Origin: Elusimicrobiota bacterium
GTDB taxonomy: Bacteria; Elusimicrobiota; Elusimicrobia; Elusimicrobiales; UBA9959
DNA: 22,617 nucleotides
Assembly (NCBI GenBank): GCA_027340875.1
Contig: DAIENX010000092.1
Location: forward strand, 1-22,617
Direction of reading: 5' to 3'
The notes below the pieces were generated by a model that was not told where the DNA came from, did not search any database, and worked only from the letters and a program-made list of their open reading frames with translations. How positions within the stretch are numbered: the stretch's first letter is position 1; the number at the start of each line of letters is the position of its first letter. The translations under genes and the position numbers were made by a program. Positions 17,638-22,617 of this stretch are shown piece after piece.

Positions 17638-18531
17638 TCAGCAGATGCTGCCGGCGCCGTACTTCGGGCCCTTGCCGAAAAGGCGGGAAACCGCCGCCTG
17701 CAGAGCGCGCTCCAGCATCACCTGCGCCATGTGCAGGCGGTATTCCTTCGAGGAGCGTATATCGCTGATGGGCGAGAGTTCGCCCAGCAGCGCCTCCTTG
17801 GCCTTCTCCAGCACCTTCGGGCCGAGCTTACTGCCGTTCAGTACGGCCTCGGTCTTAGGACAGCGTCCTGGAACGGGGCCAAGCGCGCAGGCCGCGACCC
17901 GGTAGGTAGTATCGGAGAGGACGAGGGCCGCTATCCCGCCCTGGGCGAGGTCCTCTCCCTCGTAGCGGGAAAGCTTCATGTAGCTTCCGCCGTGCTTCAG
18001 CACGGGGACAGGGAGCTCTATCGCGGTCAACAGTTCTTCGGGCTGCAGCGCGGTGCGCTTCGGGCCGGTGAACCAGTCCGCCAGCGGGATCCGGCGCTCG
18101 CCCTTGAGGCTGCGGACCAGCACCTCGGCTTCGTACAGGGCCAGGGCCGGGGCCGAATCGGCGGAAGGGACGGCGGAGCAGATATTCCCAGCGACGGTAG
18201 CCCTGTTGCGTACTCCGGCGGAAGCCACGGTCAGAGCGGCCTCCCAGAGCACAGGGAACCGCTCCTTCACCTGCGCGGACTCGATGATGTCCGTGAACGT
18301 CGCCAGAGCGCCGATGCGCAGCGTGCGGGCGCTGAGCGAAAGACCGCCGAGCTCCGGCAGGGACTTCACGTCGACCACCACCTCCGGCCTGACCAGCCCT
18401 TCCTTTAGGTGGACGACAAGATCGGTCCCTCCGGCCAGAGCCCTGGCCTTCTCCTTGTAAAGCGAAAAGACATGGAGAGCCTCCTCCATGTCCTTAGGTC
18501 TGACGTACTCGAATTCTGCGGTTATAGGCAT
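17638..18531 (-). CDS. Molybdenum hydroxylase FAD-binding subunit (XdhB/CoxM-like)
   Basis: LAGGTDL, RIGA, VRNRATVAGN, AVPSAD, PISDIRSSKEYR. SD GGAGGAG. Confidence 0.95.
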   Translation of the reverse strand: MPITAEFEYVRPKDMEEALHVFSLYKEKARALAGGTDLVVHLKEGLVRPEVVVDVKSLPELGGLSLSARTLRIGALATFTDIIESAQVKERFPVLWEAALTVASAGVRNRATVAGNICSAVPSADSAPALALYEAEVLVRSLKGERRIPLADWFTGPKRTALQPEELLTAIELPVPVLKHGGSYMKLSRYEGEDLAQGGIAALVLSDTTYRVAACALGPVPGRCPKTEAVLNGSKLGPKVLEKAKEALLGELSPISDIRSSKEYRLHMAQVMLERALQAAVSRLFGKGPKYGAGSIC

Positions 18532-18552
18532 ATCTCCTCCGGCCTCGCCGGC

Positions 18553-18577
18553 GGGCCGGCCGATAATCGGCCGGCCC
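18553..18577. other. Intergenic GC-rich palindrome / hairpin
   Basis: GGGCCGGCCGAT-A-ATCGGCCGGCCC: perfect 12-bp arms with no U-tract on either side. Confidence 0.7.
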
Positions 18578-18586
18578 TTGGCGGTC

Positions 18587-19399
18587 TCAGGCGGTCCAGG
18601 CCACTACGCGGCCCATCGACGACTCCAGCTCCATGCCCTTCAAGGGGAAGAAGCCGAGCCAGCAGCGCTTGTTCGAGAGCTTGTCTATCTCGCCGCCGAG
18701 GTTCTCGGCGTGCACGAGGCGCTTCGGGAACAGCTTCAGGTGCATCACCTGATAGTACTCCTCGGTCGGGAACATGTCGTCCCACTTCTGGCCGTACGTT
18801 GCCACCAGCTTGTTCTCGGCCTCGATGAACAGCTTCGGGTGCCAGTTGCGGATGATCGTGTTCATCGGGTGGTCGGCGGAGCCGCAGTCCACGCCTATCC
18901 ACTTGAACTTCATGTCCAGCGCCCATTTATGGAAGCGCGGCCCCGGTCCGGGATGCTTGCAGAAGTAACGCACCTCGTCGGAGTTCTTCTCGTACCAGGC
19001 GTACTTGTGGTAGCCGGTGTTGATGATAAGGATGTCGCCCTTGCGGATATCGGCGCGCTTCATCAGCGTCTCGGGCTCGTAGAGGCCGTAGTCCCCTACG
19101 TCCTTGGAGATGTCGACCACTACGGCGGGGCCGGTCCACTCGCGCATCGGCACCTGCCCTATCGTGCGGCCGGCGCCGAAAAAGTGTATCTCTCCGTCCA
19201 TATGCGTGCCGACATGGTTGGAGGTCTTTATTATCTGGCCGTTGGCGCCCTGGCCCATGTGCGCTCCGGCTATCCGCTTGAAGTACTGTACCTGCAGCGG
19301 CATGTAGCTGGGCCACGGGGGGGTATGCACGCTGAGCGGCTGCGTCAGGTCGTACATTTTGGCCTTATCTAGGAATTTTATAAAGTCGTTGGGTTTCAT
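18587..19399 (-). CDS. Cyclase-family (kynurenine formamidase / isatin hydrolase-like) metal-dependent hydrolase
   Basis: YDLTQPL, HVGTHMD (HxGTHxD), GPAVVVDI, GDILIINTG, HPG, GVD..SAD, HAENL, FPLK...RVVA. Start refined to ATG 19399 (MKPNDF) with SD AGGAG. Confidence 0.9.
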   Translation of the reverse strand: MKPNDFIKFLDKAKMYDLTQPLSVHTPPWPSYMPLQVQYFKRIAGAHMGQGANGQIIKTSNHVGTHMDGEIHFFGAGRTIGQVPMREWTGPAVVVDISKDVGDYGLYEPETLMKRADIRKGDILIINTGYHKYAWYEKNSDEVRYFCKHPGPGPRFHKWALDMKFKWIGVDCGSADHPMNTIIRNWHPKLFIEAENKLVATYGQKWDDMFPTEEYYQVMHLKLFPKRLVHAENLGGEIDKLSNKRCWLGFFPLKGMELESSMGRVVAWTA

Positions 19400-19498
19400 C
19401 GCATCTCCTGTCGCCTGCGCTTGGACTTGCCGGAAAACACCCGGCGTCCGCCGTTTTTCCCGGCGAGCCGCGCAGAAACTCCAGGTGCCTTCCCTCAC
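19400..19498 (-). promoter_or_regulatory. Structured ~100 nt 5' leader of the catabolic operon (candidate cis-regulatory RNA)
   Basis: A 13-bp stem GGAAGGCACCUGG/CCGGGUGUUUUCC encloses the hairpin CGCCG-GGAAAAA-CGGCG. The loop segment UCUGCGC is complementary to GCGCAGG next to the SD. Confidence 0.45.
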
Positions 19499-19503
19499 TT
19501 AGG

Positions 19504-19532
19504 ATTCTAACAAATGCAGGGGGGCAAATAAA
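19504..19532 (-). promoter_or_regulatory. Putative extended -10 promoter, TTTATT-N17-TAGAAT (TGn-TAGAAT)
   Basis: Minus strand -10 TAGAAT (19509-19504) is preceded by TGT. The weak -35 TTTATT (19532-19527) is at 17 bp. The -10 hexamer is the same as at 1123. Confidence 0.55.
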
Positions 19533-19557
19533 GGCGGGAAGATGGGCCGGCGCAGAG

Positions 19558-20148
19558 TCAGCCGGCGGTCTTGGGATAAAGACTCCGGGCGCAGTCCGGG
19601 CACAAACCGTGGGAGAGGTTAACGTCAGGCGAGGCTTGCTTGATGTAGACTTCCACGCGCTCCCAGACGCCGTCGGACGAGCGGATACGCTTGCATGAGG
19701 AGCAGATGGGGAGCAGGGAGCGCATCTCCACCAGTTCGGAGATGTCCTCCAGCACTACTATGGCGTAAAGTCTGTCCCCATAGGAAAAAGGCGAGGCAGA
19801 TATCAGAACCGAGACGCCACGCGCGATGCCGGCATGCTTGACAGTGATGTCGAGGCGGCGCCGTTTGACGCTGGTACCGGCAAGCGCCTCGCTCACCGAG
19901 CCCCGGATGACGCAGTCGGCGCAGGAAGGGCCGCTGCCGCATCCTTCTGAGACATCGTCGGAGTGGATGCAGTGCATCAGCTCCCCGGCGCGGGTCCCGT
20001 ACAGTCTGCCGTCCTCTCCGGCCAGCAGTTCCGCCGCGGCCTTGTTGCGGAAGAAGACGCGGGCGTCGTCGTCCATCACCATCACGATGGACGGCACCGC
20101 GTCCAAGGCGTGGCGCATGAACGCCGCGGTGCCGGAAAGATCCGCCAC
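19558..20148 (-). CDS. Cys-rich PAS-domain protein with C-terminal CxxC...HxxCxxC putative zinc-binding module
   Basis: PAS-like ALDAVPSIVMVMDDDARVFFRNKAA...VVLEDISE. Internal C-x9-C-x5-C-x2-C. Tail LLPICSSCKRIR..W..VEVYI..NLSHGLCPDC. GTG is 1 nt after the proS stop. Confidence 0.8.
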   Translation of the reverse strand: MADLSGTAAFMRHALDAVPSIVMVMDDDARVFFRNKAAAELLAGEDGRLYGTRAGELMHCIHSDDVSEGCGSGPSCADCVIRGSVSEALAGTSVKRRRLDITVKHAGIARGVSVLISASPFSYGDRLYAIVVLEDISELVEMRSLLPICSSCKRIRSSDGVWERVEVYIKQASPDVNLSHGLCPDCARSLYPKTAG

Positions 20149-20149
20149 T

Positions 20150-21706
20150 TCAGTATGACCTGGACATCAGCACCCGCTGCTTCGAGGGCTTGCCTGTCAG
20201 GATGCACTTGCCCTCGCCCCTGGCCTCCGGCGGGATCTGGTCCTCGAACGGGATGTTGCGGACGCTGGTCTCGAAGCGTTTGGCCATCTCGTCCTCCTGC
20301 TCGGGCGTGCCCGCCCAGTGCACCCAGGCGAACCCGCCGCCCTCGTCCTTGAAGAACTTCTCGTAATCGTCCAACCTGTCGATCACGCGCGTGCGGGCGG
20401 CGCGGAGGTTCCGGGCGCGCTCCAGCAGCTCTTTCTGCATAGCCTCCAGGGTCGGAACTATGGAGGCGATGGCCTCCGCCCTGGGGAGGAAGACCTTGCG
20501 GCGCTTGCGTTGCGCCTCGGGCGCCTCGCCCGGGATCTCCGCCACGAAGCGGCGCGCGATACAGAGGGACCCCTTCTCGAGGTCCTTCGGGCCGATCTCT
20601 ATGCGGAGCGGGACGCCCTTCCCCTCCCATTCGTAGTACTTGGCGCCGGGCATTATGCCGTCGCGGTCGTCTATCCTGACGGCCACGCCCTTGGCCTTCA
20701 GCTCGGCCGCGACCTTCCCGGCCTCTTCCGAGGTCTTGGCGCGCTCCTCGTCGCTCTTGTAGATCGGCACTATGACCACCTGCACCGGAGCCAGCTTCGG
20801 CGGAAGCACGAGCCCGTTGTCGTCCGAATGGGTCATTATAAGCGCGCCGATCAGGCGGGTGCTTACTCCCCAGCTGGTGGCGTAGACGTATTCGAGCTGG
20901 CCGTCCTTGTTCTGGAACTTCACATCGGCGCCTTTGGAGAAGTTCTGACCCAGGTAGTGGCTTGTGCCCATCTGCAGGGCCTTGCCGTCCTGCATCATGC
21001 CCTCTATCGAGAGCGTCTCGATGGCGCCGGCGAAGCGCTCGCCCTCCGTCTTGCGGCCCTTGACGACCGGAACCGCCATCACGTTCTCGTCGAAGTCGGC
21101 GTACACGTCAAGCATGCGCCAGACCTCCTCCATAGCCTCCTTCTCTGTGGCGTGGGCGGTGTGGCCCTCCTGCCAGAGGAACTCGGCGGTGCGCAGGAAC
21201 AGGCGCGTGCGCATCTCCCAGCGCACGACGTTGGCCCACTGGTTTATCAGCAGCGGCAGGTCGCGGTAGCTCTGGATCCAGTTCTTGTACTGCGCCCAGA
21301 TGATGGTCTCGCTGGTGGGGCGCACCACGAGCGGCTCCTCCAGTTTGGACTCCGGGTCGGGCACGACCTCGCCGTCCACCGACTTGAGCCGGTGATGCGT
21401 TATCACAGCGCATTCCTTCGCGAATCCGGAGGCGTGCTTCTCTTCTTTCGTCAGGAAAGAAAGCGGGATGAAGAGGGGGAAATAAGCGTTCTCATGGCCG
21501 GTGGCCTTGAAACGGTCGTCGAGCTCGCGCTGCATCTTCTCCCAGATGGCGTAGCCGTGCGGGCGTATCACCATGCAGCCGCGCACCGGCGAATGCTCGG
21601 CGAGAACGCCCTGCTTTATAACGTCGAGGTACCACTGCGCGTAGTCCTTGGCGCGCGGAGTGACCGCTGAGGATGCATTATTCTGCTGGTTAGCTGGTTT
21701 GTTCAT
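20150..21706 (-). CDS. proS: Proline--tRNA ligase, archaeal/eukaryotic type (no INS editing domain)
   Basis: SPVRGCMVIRPHGY, VRPTSET, NQWANVVRWEMRTRLFLRTAEFLWQEGHT, ALQMGTSHYLGQNF, TSWGVSTR, C-terminal SRSY. Start refined to ATG 21706, an ATGA overlap with the ispG stop. Confidence 0.96.
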   Translation of the reverse strand: MNKPANQQNNASSAVTPRAKDYAQWYLDVIKQGVLAEHSPVRGCMVIRPHGYAIWEKMQRELDDRFKATGHENAYFPLFIPLSFLTKEEKHASGFAKECAVITHHRLKSVDGEVVPDPESKLEEPLVVRPTSETIIWAQYKNWIQSYRDLPLLINQWANVVRWEMRTRLFLRTAEFLWQEGHTAHATEKEAMEEVWRMLDVYADFDENVMAVPVVKGRKTEGERFAGAIETLSIEGMMQDGKALQMGTSHYLGQNFSKGADVKFQNKDGQLEYVYATSWGVSTRLIGALIMTHSDDNGLVLPPKLAPVQVVIVPIYKSDEERAKTSEEAGKVAAELKAKGVAVRIDDRDGIMPGAKYYEWEGKGVPLRIEIGPKDLEKGSLCIARRFVAEIPGEAPEAQRKRRKVFLPRAEAIASIVPTLEAMQKELLERARNLRAARTRVIDRLDDYEKFFKDEGGGFAWVHWAGTPEQEDEMAKRFETSVRNIPFEDQIPPEARGEGKCILTGKPSKQRVLMSRSY

Positions 21707-22617
21707 TTCGTGTTCCTGATCTTGCGTATCACTTCGTTGACCCACTCGCTTTCCTTGACTACCTTGATCTGCTTGCCCTTCTCTATCCAGATGCCGCGGC
21801 CCTTGCCGCCGGCCACTCCGAAATCCGCAGAGCGCGCCTCTCCGGGTCCGTTGACCACGCAGCCCATCACGGCTATCTTCATGCCTTCGGACTTCTTCAA
21901 AAGCGCGCCGTCGGAGTATATCCGGTCCTCCAACTGGTGTATGACCCGGCCTACGTCCACCTGGCAGCGGCCGCAGGTCGGGCAGGAGACCAGGTCGGGG
22001 CCGTAATGACGAAGGCCGAGGGCCTTGAGTATCTCGTAGGCTGCCCGCACCTGCATGACCGGGTCCTCGGTAAGTGAGACGCGGATGGTGTCCCCTATTC
22101 CCTGCGTCAGCAGCATCCCTATGCCGAGGGAGGACTTGACGGTTCCGGAGAGGAAGCTGCCCGCCTCGGTGACGCCGAGGTGCAGCGGGATATCCGACTT
22201 GGAGGCGAAGAGCGTGTTGGCCATCAGCGTGCGCTCGATGTCGTCGGCCTTCAGCGAAACGACTATGTCGCGGAAGCCGAGGCCCTCCAGGATGCGGACC
22301 TCGTCCAGCGCTTCTTTCACCATCTGCCTGGCCCAGTCGTACGGCTTCCAGGCCGGTTTGGGGTTATCCTTCAGCGCCTTCAGCGAGCCGGCGTTGACGC
22401 CGATGCGTATGGGAATACCGGCGGACTTGCAGATTTTCACGACCTCGCGCACCTTGTCCTTCTCGCAGATATTGCCAGGGTTGATGCGGACCTTGTCCAC
22501 GCCCTGCTTCACAGCCTCTACGGCGAGGCGCCAGTCGAAGTGTATGTCCGCCACCAGCGGTATGGATATACCGCGCTTAATGCGCCCCAGTGCCCTCGCG
22601 GCCTCCATGTCCGGCAC
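21703..22617 (-). CDS. ispG: (E)-4-hydroxy-3-methylbut-2-enyl-diphosphate synthase, 5'-truncated by the window edge
   Basis: PLVADIHF, RINPGN, IRIGVNAGSL, PLHLGVTEAG, GIGDTIRVSLT, SCPTCGRC, AVMGCVVNGPGEA. Confidence 0.97.
   Translation of the reverse strand: MPDMEAARALGRIKRGISIPLVADIHFDWRLAVEAVKQGVDKVRINPGNICEKDKVREVVKICKSAGIPIRIGVNAGSLKALKDNPKPAWKPYDWARQMVKEALDEVRILEGLGFRDIVVSLKADDIERTLMANTLFASKSDIPLHLGVTEAGSFLSGTVKSSLGIGMLLTQGIGDTIRVSLTEDPVMQVRAAYEILKALGLRHYGPDLVSCPTCGRCQVDVGRVIHQLEDRIYSDGALLKKSEGMKIAVMGCVVNGPGEARSADFGVAGGKGRGIWIEKGKQIKVVKESEWVNEVIRKIRNTK

Noticed and set aside
14297..18531. Aerobic CO dehydrogenase coxMSL, which has the same M-S-L gene order
   Set aside because: The active-site loop is AYRGFG rather than AYRCSFR or AYRGAGR, and no coxDEFG genes are present.
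18531..18589. Selenocysteine read-through at the cyclase TGA with the downstream hairpin as SECIS
   Set aside because: The cyclase ends at the normal family C-terminus (RVVAW), the next gene is out of frame, and the hairpin lacks a bacterial SECIS-like loop.
19400..19498. ORF-track N-terminal extensions of the cyclase (19498), and likewise rimP (10025), proS (21745) and ribF (3690)
   Set aside because: Downstream starts have better SD or stop-start coupling and match family lengths, while the extensions run through leaders or neighbouring genes.
19440..19518. Canonical purine (guanine/adenine) riboswitch suggested by UAGAAU..GG-CAC..AGUUUCUGC..CCG..AAA..GAC
   Set aside because: P1 cannot form (CAUUUGUUA has no partner after GAC), P3 pairs poorly, J2/3 has UGC instead of UAC, and the 5' part coincides with the predicted -10 box. 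Kept only as an unclassified leader.
1..22617. CRISPR array, tRNA/rRNA genes, integrase/transposase or defence systems
   Set aside because: No regularly spaced repeats, cloverleafs or relevant protein motifs were seen. Intergenic gaps are all under about 160 bp.

Overview
High-GC bacterial chromosomal window, densely coding, mostly on the minus strand. The backbone is a conserved housekeeping run: ispG (partial), proS (archaeal/eukaryotic type), then rimP-nusA-infB-rbfA-DHH/NrnA-truB-ribF. Between proS and rimP sits a ~10 kb block. It opens with a Cys-rich PAS/Zn-ribbon protein. A predicted operon follows: cyclase-family metallohydrolase, xanthine-dehydrogenase-family FAD and 2Fe-2S subunits, a PEGA lipoprotein, the Mo subunit, a nitrilase-family amidase, FdrA/YahF, a DUF1116 YahG/YlbE protein, and a small anchored protein. 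This looks like an N-heterocycle catabolic pathway, possibly ending at oxamate/oxalate, with unknown substrate. On the plus strand at the left are the end of a PilB/GspE ATPase, a motif-degenerate aspartokinase, a probably leaderless small membrane protein gene and a dihydropyrimidinase/hydantoinase. Notable non-coding elements are a structured 5' leader (riboswitch candidate) before the catabolic operon, a ~120 bp nested inverted-repeat element before fdrA, a rimP-leader attenuator hairpin, and three sigma70-like promoters. All calls come from motif recognition by eye; no searches were run.
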